From NCBI RefSeq assembly GCF_009914755.1, contig NC_060929.1: DNA of 64,000 nt. One strand, written 5' to 3'. The position numbers and the translations under genes are program-made. The notes under the pieces are model-generated. The model did not search any database. It saw only the letters and a list, made by a program, of their open reading frames with translations, and was not told the DNA's origin. This DNA is from the human T2T-CHM13v2.0 reference genome, Homo sapiens. Positions 43,071 through 54,521 of the stretch are shown in pieces. Position 1 is the stretch's first letter, and every line of letters begins with the position of its first letter.

Positions 43071-45058
43071 CTGGAATGAAATACAGGAATCCAATACACA
43101 TACAGATACACATTCGAATTTTTATAGCTGTCATATTAGAACTGTGTCTCTCAGTGCTATCAAAAAATAACATGAAAAGGCCCACATTTATCTGAGGTGT
43201 TGTGTGTTTAGACCTTCAAAATTTTTTTTCAGAACATCAGTAACTGGAGTGTTTCAATATTTTCATACAAACACACAGAAAATTTACTCCCCTTTGCAAA
43301 ACAGAAAACAAAAACTCTTACTAAATACCCGGATAAATCTGTGCCTGAGTTTACTAAGTAGCTACCTGTAAGGCAGTGTTTATCGTTTTGCGATGGGGTG
43401 TTTCTGACAGGAACAATTCCATTTGGAGAATAGACTATTGTTTTGACTTGAGCTGTGCCAATTACTTGGGCAAATTTATTTATAAAATACTTAACAGCTG
43501 CCTTATTTGGGCTTCCAACTTCTAAGATGAGAGCAGTAATAACCACAAATGGAGAAAACAGGGGGTAGCTACATAAGAACTACCTGACAGATTTCTCATG
43601 GATACCCTCAAGATGGTTTCCCAGGGGAATTCTGATGTCACTGGGTTTGGGAACCACAGAACTAAGTGATCTCCTGATTCTTTTTGCTATAACAATTTCT
43701 GATTGGTTTGGGCTTTGCTAGGCAAATAAAGAGAATACAGATTAAATAACAGACTAAATTAACTTACCCATTTGTAAATTTTATATATACATATATATAA
43801 ATACATTACTTTTTATTTATAAATAATTTAAGGCACACAATAAGTTGCAACAATAGAATAGTTTGTGTATACCCTTCATCCAGCTTTCCCAAATGATAGT
43901 ATCTTTCATAACCAGAGTATATTTTCAAAAGTAGGAAATTGACATTAGTCCAAAACTATTAACTACAGAATTTACTCACTGACCAATTTTTACATGTTTT
44001 TATTGTGTGTATAGTACTATGAAATTCCACTGCAAGTATTGATTTCCATAAATATCACCAAGATAAAGACACAGAAGTGTTTCATTCCCACAAAGAAACT
44101 CCCTCGTACGATCCTTTTATTGTCAGACTCTGCCCCCATTCTGAATCCCTAGTGATCACTGGTCACTTCTCCATTGCTATAATTTTGTCATTTCAAGAGT
44201 GTTATATAAATGAATCCATACCAGATACAACTTTTTGAGATAGGCTTCTGGTATCCAGCATACTGCCCTAGAAATTCATAGAAGTTGTTTTATGTAACAA
44301 TCTGGCTGAATAGTGTATCATTTATGGATATACCACAGTGTATATATTGGCCCATTGAAGGGTATTTAGGTTGTTTCTATTTCTTGGCTGTCCAAATAAA
44401 GTTGCCATGAATATTTATGTACAGGTTTTTGTGTGGACACTTATTTTCATTGCTGTATTTCAGTCCTGTACCCGGGACTACAATTTCTGGCTCATGTTGT
44501 TAAGTATCACTTTTTCAGAGTGACTGTACTATTTTTCCACCAACAATGCATGAGAGATGCAGTTGCCCTCCTTTCTCACCAGTACTTGGTATTCTCAGCA
44601 TCTTTAGCCAGGTTATAGTGATAACTTGTTGTGGTTTTAATTTGCATTTGCCTGATGGCTAATGATTTGATCATCTTTTCATGTGCTTATTTGCCATCTC
44701 TTTTGTGAAGAGACGTATATTTGCCCATTTTGTAATGGGATTGTGTTTTCTCACTTTTTGTTTAGAGAATTCTGTTTTAGATGTAAGTCCTTTATTGGAT
44801 AAGTGTTTTGCAAATATTTTCTCCCAATCTGTGGTTTGTCTTGTCATCCTATTAACAGGATTTTTTATTTTTTTATTTTTTTTATTTTTTAAGACAGGGT
44901 CTCACTGTGTTGCTCAAGCTGAATTGCAGTGGCACAATCAGAGGTCACTGCAGCCTCAAACCCTTGGGCTCAAGCGATCCTCTGACCCTCTCAAGTACCT
45001 GGGACTAGAGGTGCACACCACCATGCCAGGCGAATTTAAATTTTTTTTGTAGAGATAG

Positions 45059-45534
45059 TGTAGCAGGATGAGCCGCAGACAAAACCTCCCAGACACCGAG
45101 TTGTAGAAGGAAGGGCTTTATTCAGCTGGGAGCATCGGCAAGCTACTGCCTTAAAATCTGAGCTCCTCGAGTGCACAATTTCTGTTCCTTTTAAGGGCTC
45201 ACAACACTAAAGATTTCATATGAAAGGGTCGTGATTGATTGAGCAATCTAGGGGCTACGTGACCGGGGTTTCATGCACTGGTAGTCAGAGTGAAACAGAA
45301 CAGGGAGTTTCACAATGTTCTTTTATACAATGCCTGGAATCTATGGATAACATTGGGTTCGAAGTCATGAGTTGATTTTTAACTACTAGGTTTAGGCCAG
45401 GAAGGCCCAGGGCTGATTTTAGGCCTGGTGCCGGGCTGCCTGTCTTTGATTTCACTTCCTTGTTTTTTCTCTTATAACAAATACTGAGTATAAAACAATA
45501 TAAAACAGTATGAGAGGGTCTCTCTCTTCCCTCA
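45059..45534 (-). mobile_element. 3' LTR (476 bp), LTR2B-like
   Basis: TGAGGGAAGAGAGAGACCCTCTC...CCTGCTACA; preceded by PPT AAAGGGGGGAAA at 45535-45546. Confidence 0.93.
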
Positions 45535-45559
45535 TTTCCCCCCTTTGAGACTCTCACTT

Positions 45560-47614
45560 TTTATTAGTGGGAGTTCTCACTCTTATTTTTGCTACTTATG
45601 TCTTTTCGTGCAATAGATTGATAGTGATTTTTATAGTACACTTGTGCTGAAGCATTTTGGTGAACTAAGGTAGTGATGAAGCTTTTTATCATTTGAAGAA
45701 GTACAGGTAGCAAACAAGGGAGCAGTAAGTAGGTTTCTATTACTATTGTAACTCCTATTGTAAGAGTTTTAAATCCTCTTAGTGCTGGGAACTACCTTCT
45801 AAACATGGCTTTAGGGTTGAATCTGTGCTACACTTGTATGGACATATGTGCCAGTTTTGTCATATTTCTAACTATGCCTTTTAACTACTTGCCTTTGATT
45901 ATCTATGTGTAGACAGTAATTAGTAAGGTTAAATTTCTTATAGACCATTATTTCAGCTGCTAGCAAGTAGTCAAGAGCTAATTTATTTTGATAGATAGCA
46001 TTTCTTATCTGAGTTTTTTGCTGGGCCAGAATAGTCAAGGCTTGACCAGTTTTATTAGTGATGATTTTTAAAACAGCTTGCAACCGTATGATTTGGTTGA
46101 GCATGTAAATGGGGGTCCAGTATCCCCATGATCTGTCTTGTGTCTAAGTGGCAGGCCTATAGTATTGTATAATTTTTTTTAGGGGGCCATTTATCATCTT
46201 TTTAATTACCTATGGCTATGCTTCGTTTTCCACGGGAAGCACAGACAGGGAAGCCTAGGAGTTCTCCTGTTTTTATGGGCAGTAGGAAGAAAGATGGTTT
46301 AATGGTGCCAATTACACAACTACCTGTCCACTGATTAGGCAGCTTAGCATGGGCTCTATGTCTACATATCCAGTATTACCTGGTGGGGGCAGTCCAGTCC
46401 CGGTGGAATTCTGGGTAGGCCTAGACAGTCTGCAACCTTGGAAATTTACTGAACGGATCTCTTTCTGTGTGGTTTGAACTCCACCGTGTAACTGTTTTTG
46501 TGGTACTATTATACAGTTTTTGTCCTAGGCAACTAAGTCATCCTACAGAATGAGTGAATTTTTTCCTTTTTCTAGCTATGCAATATTGTCCAATAATTAA
46601 GACTTTTAGAACCTAGAAATGATCAGGGTGATTCTTTTGGGCTGGGAATTCATCAGGAACTGGGTCTGTAGGCACTAATTCTTGGGCTTTTTATGGCCAT
46701 TGATCTCTCATTACAGTTTTTCTACAAAAATAACATGAAGTGACATCTAGAGACTGGGCTACCTGCTCGGCTAATTGCAAAAACAAATTTTTAGTTTTTC
46801 CTGGAATCCCAGGTACTGGCACATTTAGTTCATCATAGAAAATCTGAAAGACTGGTTCTGAAGAGCGTTCTTGAACCTCTCCTTTTATTAGGATGCTTAC
46901 ACTAGGATCTAGTCCTTTTCCATCAATGCCTAATGTTACATATTTTCCTTTATTCCACTTTGGGTCTGAGGGGTTTGTAATTATCAATTCTAAAAGGTTG
47001 CAGCTCCCACTCGTGCAGGAGGGGCTGACTTTTCCTTTTTGGAGCTAAACAGGATCTTTCTTATCTTCTTTCTAAGTAGCCTAAATGACACAAGACCAGT
47101 ATTGACATATCTCACATAAATATGATTCTTGACAGATGTACTTATTTTATGCTGTGTAACTTTTTTCCTAATCTAGAGAACTGCATCCTATCCTATGCTG
47201 TTTACTATTAATAGCGGCACAGGCATCAAATTTTAAGGTTACATTTTTGGGGACCTTTCTTTCTTCTGTTCTAGCTATTATTTTACTTGTGTCCCTTAGA
47301 GAACGACCAGTTCTTAGTCTTACTTCAAAGACTGTGATCATGGGAAGTTCAAAGGGGTCATAGCACACATTGGGCTGGTCACTTCCTGGATTACATACTT
47401 TGTACTGGGTGTTATTATACAAATAGGTTCCTTTTGGAGTTCCTAGGCATTCATAATAACTATAAAATAATAGGACTGTAGCAATCTTTTGTCCTACCTC
47501 AGTGACTTGATGTAAATACTGGGAACAGCCTTCAGTCTGAGAAAGGTCAGTTGAAGTCCTTACTGTACAACTCTAAATTTTAAGGAAAATGAGTCCCGCG
47601 ATGCATTTCCTCAT
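45560..47614 (-). pseudogene. HERV-E-like env, disrupted
   Basis: ATG at 47614 reads MRKCIAGLIFLKI*SCTVRTSTDL (HERV-E env N-term); TM region [14 protein letters not shown] (ISU); many stops and frameshifts. Confidence 0.88.
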
Positions 47615-47879
47615 GCTTCGGCCGTGTGTGGACCAGTCAGCTTCCGGGTGTGACTGGGGCAGGGCTTGTCGTCTTCTTCAGAGTCACTTTGCAGGGGTTG
47701 GCGAAGCTGCTTCCATCCACGTACAGCTCCCAGTCTACTGATGTTTAAGGGTGGTCTTGGAGGTTGGGCCTACTAGAATAAACTAAGTCCAACACCTCTA
47801 CACAGTTTATGTTTAACTGGGCTCTCTGATACCAGGAGTAAGATGGCAGGGTTAGGGTGTTGCAAACTTCAATCGTTAT

Positions 47880-48155
47880 GTGGGGATTTTCACAGAGCAA
47901 GCTTTGGTATCTAGTTAGTCTAGCATTCATTAGCTAATGGTGTCCTTTGGTATTTATTAAAATCACCACAGCATGGGGGGACTTTAGGTTTTGTCTAAGA
48001 GTTAGCTTATCTGCTTCTTGTGCTAACAGGGCCGTTGCTACCAGGGCCCTTGGACATGGGGGCCAGCCTTTGGAAACCCTGTCTAGTTGTTTTGAGAGAT
48101 AGGCCACTGGCTTTGGCCAGGGCCCCAAAGTCTGGGTTAAAACTCCAACTGCCAT
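47880..48155 (-). pseudogene. pol fragment (RT connection/RNase H tether)
   Basis: AVGVLTQTLGPWPKPVAYLSKQLD..SKGWPPC.RALVATALL, gammaretroviral-like motif. Confidence 0.88.
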
Positions 48156-48254
48156 TTTTTTTTTCTTTCTGACACATAGAGTGTAAAGAGTTTTGTCAGG
48201 TCAGGTAGCCTCAGGGCTGGGACCGACATGAGTTTTTCTTTTTAACTCATGAAA

Positions 48255-48620
48255 AGCTCATTGCTGTTGGTTGTAATAGATGTAGTTTATCTAATCTACA
48301 TTTTTATTGACTGTCATCTACTAAAATATTGACTTGAATCCTCTATTTGATTTCAAGCTTTAAATTGATCTGGTATTCCTTGCGGGGCTCTAATTGCATC
48401 TAAATAGATGTGAGAGTTGAAAGACCTATAAGGGGCTTCTCTCGCTTTATGATGTCTTATTTTTTGTTTTTCCTCTGGTTGATGAAATGCCAGGGTGAAA
48501 GGGATAGCCAAATGGACTAAAGCACAAGTGCCACTCTAGTTATTAGGCAGAGTGCCTAGTAAAGGTCCACCACAATACTACCATACATCTGCTAGGGGAC
48601 GAACAAGGGCTGACTGATTG
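48255..48620 (-). pseudogene. Second env fragment, HERV-I/HERV-IP10-like
   Basis: ADVW*YCGGPLLGTLPNN*SGTCALVHLAIPFTLAFHQP ... YLDAI..PQGIPDQFKA ... F**MTVNKNVD*INYIYYNQQ. Confidence 0.75.
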
Positions 48621-50189
48621 ATAAGCTCTTGAAAATTCTTAAGCTCACTGCATCCCTTCAGGTCTCTAAGGAATGCTAAGTCTCTTCCTTGCTGTGACAG
48701 ACACGAAGTGAACTTAGTGTTGGGAGATGGAAGCTGGATGGCCCTCAGGGGCTGACCCGCAGGGACTTCGGGATATAGCAGAGAGAGCTTGGCATGACTT
48801 TTTACTCCAGGCTATAGAGTCCCGGAAAAGAGCTACCATGCAGCCTATGCCTGGTCGACTAGAGGACCACCTTAGTGGAAGGGGGACAATCAGGGCCTCT
48901 GGCCTGCCATGTGCACAAGCATAACAATTGCTTTTGTTTAACGTGCAGATGGAATATTTGATCTATTTCAACCAGGCATTTGCATCTTGGTATGCTGTCT
49001 TAATTGCCAAAGTTTGTTTTAAGTCTTTAGCTTCTATGATCCTTTAGTAAAATGAATGTTTCCTGTAGCACCTATTTTTATTAGTTTTTAGACCAAAGAA
49101 AGCTAAACACCATTTTATATTTAATAATGCTTCTTGTATGATTTTTATACCACATAAGTTAAATTTTACCTTTATATTAGTGTTAATGTTAAACTTAATT
49201 TTAATAAAACCTTGTAGACATATTTATCCAATTTTTTATGTTTGACCATGTAAGATTTTATAGACTCTTTTTAACTTTTTATAATTTTTGTTAAAGAACA
49301 GGTTGATCCTTTAAGAAAAACCTGTTGCATTTTTAATGTCTAGTTCACAGAAAAACTGGATGACACCTTTTTAACTTTAGCTAATATGTTTACACACAGA
49401 ATTTTCTTTACAATTAATGTTTTAAAACTTGCTTAAACTTTTAAAACAATTTTTTTAACTTTTTAATGTAGGTAAAAATCCACATTTTTATGCCCTTTTA
49501 TAATCTTTTTTACCAAAGGTATATTTTACTTTTCTTATACACCTTGCACATAAACTGTTTTTTTAAAATAGTACTCAGGAGGCCTTATTACTTTTAAATT
49601 ATACAACTTTTTTGCATAAATACTTTTTATAACTTTTTCTTTCACGACTTTTGCAGACAATTTTTCAACATGTCTTAACTTTCTGACTTATTACATTTTT
49701 TTTTTAAACAACCAGTTAATTTATTTCAGGACAAGAATTTACCATGTAACACTCTTTTTACATAAATTCTGCCTCTCCCCGTTTTTTTCCTTTTTTTTTT
49801 TTCTTTTTGAAGATAACCATTCCTTTTTTTTTTTTTTAAAGCGAACTTTCTTTATGTCTTTGAACTAGATTGTCTAAGGCCACAAGATTAGAAGTTACCA
49901 TAATACATGTTACACTGTTAACTTTTAGCAAACTTCACTTTTGTTGAAAACCTTGTCAGTTTGGGATTTCAATTATCCTTTGCTATTAATAAGACTTTGT
50001 TTAGTCTAAATTAACTTAGAATTGGTATAGATGGTCTCTTTTTCTCTCTGCTGGTCTTTCCTTGCCTCTGCCAGCTGCTTATGCTGCTGTTCTCTTAACT
50101 ACTGTGGTGGGGAAGGGGGTCTAAAACCAGCTGTAACTGTCTATGTATGGAAACTGGTCTGGGTGCCTTGGCTTACCAGTTACCTTGTG

Positions 50190-50384
50190 TCATACCTTTG
50201 AAACAAGAGACCTGTCCAGGCTTCCTTCTGATGGCCAACCTACTTCTAATGCTGGCCAGTCTATTTCACACAAAGTTCTAAGTTTTCCTGGTGTCATAGT
50301 AACACTGTAATCTCCCTTAAATCCTTTCTTGAAATTTTTCAAGATAGTTCCTAGTGGGGTGGGCTTACTTTGCACCTGACCTAT
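50190..50384 (-). pseudogene. gag matrix N-terminus, start mutated (ATG to ATA) and truncated
   Basis: IGQVQSKPTPLGTILKNFKKGF..LRTLCEIDWPALEVGWPSEGSLD, HERV-E-type MA. Confidence 0.85.
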
Positions 50385-50575
50385 GTTTGTTTGTTTTTTT
50401 TCCTGAGACAAAATACCACGCTCACACCACACACACACACCAGAAGACAAAGAACGGGTAAAGAGGGCACACACACACTGTTACCGTTTATACCAAACCA
50501 AAATCACGAAATTCAAAATCCGAGTACCAAAAAATTCAAGCCAAGTCAAAACCAAAACCACAGTATCCAGCAATT

Positions 50576-50801
50576 CAAGTCAAGTCAAAACCAGAACAAA
50601 AGTGCCAATGCAGGCACACCGTGGGTGATCAGGCCACGCTTCCACTCAGATGGAGTGGGGCAAGTTCCAAAGACTAGTTTTACCAAGTCAAGCCAAGTCA
50701 AAACCAGAACAAAAGTGCCAATACAGGCACACCATGGGTGATCAGGCCACGCTTCCACTCAGATGGAGTGGGGCAAGTTCCAAAAACTAGTCTTACCAAG
50801 T
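50576..50801. repeat. 113-bp tandem duplication in ERV leader
   Basis: 50576-50688 and 50689-50801 differ at about 5 positions. Confidence 0.93.
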
Positions 50802-51045
50802 TTCAGATGTCTGGACTCCAAGTGCCAGTTCCTTCCCGGTTCCCGGTGTTCAGCCACTGTGTTAATCCTCCGCAGGGGCCTGCTATGTGCTGCTCTGGCA
50901 AGGCGTTCCACCGGGGCAACTGCCTACCCAGGAGCACTCTTTGGATGGCATCACTCAGGCTGGCCGGAGTCCCCCGCAGGGACGCTCCACGGGGCAGGCC
51001 TAAGTTGCCTAAGGGGCTGTCTCAGCCGTCCGTCAGTCACCTCGT

Positions 51046-51063
51046 TTCCTGGTTAGGGAACCA
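51046..51063 (-). other. Primer binding site for tRNA-Glu
   Basis: TGGTTCCCTAACCAGGAA vs TGGTTCCCTGACCGGGAA (16/18, both differences G to A), 5 nt inside the 5' LTR boundary. Confidence 0.88.
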
Positions 51064-51068
51064 AGAAA

Positions 51069-51528
51069 TGTAGCAGGACGAGCCGCAGACAAAACCTCTC
51101 AGAGTTGTAGAAGGAAGGGCTTTATTCAGCTGGGAGCATCGGCAAGCTACAGCCTTAAAATCTGAGCTCCTCAAGTGCACAATTTCTGTCCCTTTTAAGG
51201 GCTCACAACACTAAAGATTTCACATGAAAGGGTCGTGATTGATTGAGCAATCTAGGGGCTATGTGACAGGGGTTTCGTGCACTGGTACAGAACACAACAG
51301 GGAGTTTCACAATTTTTTTATACAATGCTTGGAATCTACGGATAACATCAGGTTCTAAGTCGTAAGTTGATTTTTAACTACTAGGTTTAGGCCAGGCAGG
51401 CCCAGGGCTGGTTTCAGGCCTGGTGCCGGGCTGCCTGTCTTTGATTTCACTTCCTTGTTTTTTTCTTAAAACAGGTACTGAGTATAAAACAATATAAAAC
51501 AATATGAGAAGGTCTCTCTCTTCCCTCA
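51069..51528 (-). mobile_element. 5' LTR (460 bp), LTR2B-like
   Basis: Direct repeat of 45059-45534, roughly 25 substitutions plus indels by eye; AATAAA at 51121-51126 on -. Confidence 0.93.
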
Positions 51529-52139
51529 AGAGTGTATGACTTTGCTGCCCAGGATGATCTTGAACTCCTGGCCTCAAGCTATTAATTTCTTCCCAACTCA
51601 GCCTCCCAAAGTGCTGGGATTACAGGCATGAACCACAACGCCCAGCTTAACAGGATTTTTCAGAGAGAAAAAGTTTTTTAATTTTAATGAAATCCACCAA
51701 TTTATCTATTTTTTCTTTTACGGCATGTGCTTTTGGTGTAATGTCTAAAAACTATACCTACGCCTAGGTTGTAAAGATAGTCTGTTTTCAGTTTTATAGC
51801 TTTCCATTTTACATTTAGATATATGATCCATTTTGAGTTAAGTTTGTATTACATGTAAGGTTGGGGTTCCTTTGTTTTGGTCTTTGACAAATGGAAGTCC
51901 ACAACATTTATTGAAACTCTTCTTCCTCCATTGGTTTTAAGATAAATCCGTTGGCCATACTTCTGAATGTCTATTTATGGATTCCCTATCTTATTTTATT
52001 GATGTGTATTTTTGTCTCTCCTCCATGGATACATGAAGGAAAGGGCCTTGGACACAAGGCAGTGGGGAAAGGGGCTGGGGGGCCACACAGAGAAAGGAGA
52101 AGGCACTAAGATCAGGCTCAGCAGCTTCTGGATCTGAGG

Positions 52140-52500
52140 CGCCGGAGATTATTTATGGGTCAATCTGGCAGCCCCTGGGCCTCAGGTAGGACTGCTTAGC
52201 AGTGAAAAGGGCGTCCTGGGTGCAGCCAACAGGGTACAGCTGCAAGCCATTGTTGAAGGTGTCTTGACGTATCAGAGAAGGCAGGTAACCAGGCCACATC
52301 CCTGGGCGCCCGCGCTGTCCCACTCCCTTCCTGGTGCGCCCCGCCTCGCGGTCACAAGGGCCCCACCGCCCGGGGAGAGCTGCCCACCCCGCGCCTGACG
52401 CCCAGGGCCTGGAATCGCGCTGCAACCGCGGCCTCTTTCCCTGGTTCTGGCCAGGTGAGCGAGGCCTAGCAATCTCTCCCGCATCACAAAGGATTGGGTC
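52140..52500. promoter_or_regulatory. Small CpG-rich island downstream of RPS23
   Basis: Abrupt GC/CpG-rich non-repeat patch with GC-box-like ccccgcc/ccgccc in AT-rich surroundings. Confidence 0.6.
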
Positions 52501-53862
52501 AGTTAAGGCTCATCCGAAAGCATCTGTTGAGCCCCTGGGAACAGCTTAGCCAAATACTGACTGCAGCTACACGTTAGGAAACACTGGTACAAACCAACAG
52601 GCAGCCTTTCCGCCCTTGCGGAGGGAGAGACTAGCATCATCATCAAGAGATAAACCGAAGTGTGCTGGAAAACACACGAGCTCTTTAGTAAGAGCAGGCG
52701 ACATGCAAGGAACCATAGTAACAGGAACAGAGGTCCTGAGGCTGGATATGGAACCCAAGTTTGAGGATGACCAACTGAGACCAGTGTTGCTGGAGCACAA
52801 AGTGCCAAGGAGAGAAATGGCAGGCTAAGGCTGGAATATGCAGGTATGAAGCGCAACCTGGGTTCTTCTGTGCCATGTGAAAGGTTCTGCTCTTGATCCT
52901 ACGGAAAGTGGGCAACCAAACCAATTGTTTTCCAAAGATCCTAAACAATGTAAAGCTAGGCTTTGATCAAAGGGCTAATTAACCCATACTTACTATTTGT
53001 TAACAGGAGTTTCTTACATCAGATTTAAAGCAGAAGGCTCACAGCTTCATTTCAACCATGCCACTGTATCCATGAAAACTCTGAAACAAGTATTTGTGGA
53101 CAGCAAAATCCACATGTACTCAATACCTAGCTTAAATTATCAAAACACAACCAATCTTGTCTCTACACTAAACCACTTCATTTGCTGACTAGTCTTTGAA
53201 GACATGAAGGTCTCTGACAACCTCATGAGAAGATACTGAAAACATCAGTCTTGTCGTATACCTTATCTCCCTTGCCTGGCATATACTTCCATCAACTAAA
53301 TGATCCAATGCCTGTATTCTCCTAAACACATTAATGTAGACACATTACAACACAGATCCTGACACCTTTAAATAATAAACAGAGTGGGGAGCAATTTTGA
53401 GTTTACTATTTATCATCTTGGGCCCCTGTAAGATGGATACAAGAATGTGCATTTCCAAGGGTACCTAAGATAATCTATGTGCAATGAAATTTGGTAACTG
53501 AAGTGTTGCACCCGATATGGAAAATACCAAGAATAAAAAAGAAAGTATCTCACTAGAATTTCAGTGAGTTTTTGAAGTTCCCTTAAAGTTCTTAAAGTAA
53601 TACTACAATACTGCACATTTATTCCAGATCTATCCCATTTTCTTATTCCACAGGATGAGGGAAACTGTGCCAGGTTACAAATGTTATTAACTCTAGAGAA
53701 TCCTGAAACAACCCTGTCTTATTGTCTCCTAAAATTGGTACAGGTCCTGCGTTTGCTGGTTTAGGATAAAAAAAATAAGGGGGGGTGGTGGTGGTAATGA
53801 ACATGATCTTCGTGGTGAGAACAGGGGACAGTAAGATACAAACATTTTTTGGCATATGAAAA

Positions 53863-53868
53863 TTTATT
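53863..53868 (-). terminator. RPS23 proximal polyadenylation signal AATAAA
   Basis: Hexamer about 26 nt after the stop, followed by a GU/U-rich downstream stretch. Confidence 0.9.
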
Positions 53869-53893
53869 ACTACAGTGTTTTCACCATTAATAT

Positions 53894-54350
<457 letters not shown>

Positions 54351-54521
54351 TTATCTTTTCATATTAACTAGAGAACTAATGAGAAACTGTTTCTATCTTT
54401 TCAATCTAACCTCAAATGGCTGAGCTGAAGTCCTGTGATGTCAACCTAGTTTTCTGCCAGTCTTAATTTCATTAGCACAATGGGGGAAATTTCTAGACCT
54501 TTTACAGTTATAAAAGTAGAC

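Larger units (their letters stand above)
45059..51528 (-). mobile_element. Endogenous retrovirus, HERV-E-related Harlequin-type provirus with LTR2B-like LTRs, defective
   Basis: Two TG...CA LTRs, tRNA-Glu PBS, PPT, gag/pol/env remnants; 4-bp TSD ATAG/AGAG (1 mismatch). Confidence 0.92.
44866..51646 (-). mobile_element. AluJ split by the ERV (44866-45058 and 51533-51646)
   Basis: Halves join at gtagagatag|tgtatgactttgctgcccagg; 14-bp TSD ttaacaggattttt at 44852-44865 and 51647-51660. Confidence 0.92.
43810..52030 (-). mobile_element. Old L1M 3' portion, split into 43810-44865 and 51661-52030 by Alu and ERV insertions
   Basis: L1 antisense motifs ('gtggttttaatttgcatttgcctgatggctaatgat', 'ttgcaaatattttctcccaatctgtgg', 'tatgatccattttgagtta') continue across the insertion. 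Confidence 0.8.

Noticed and set aside
52616-52828. 70-aa plus-strand ORF as an alternative ATG10 last exon
   Set aside because: No convincing acceptor, 3' half resembles an L2 fragment, no recognisable homology.
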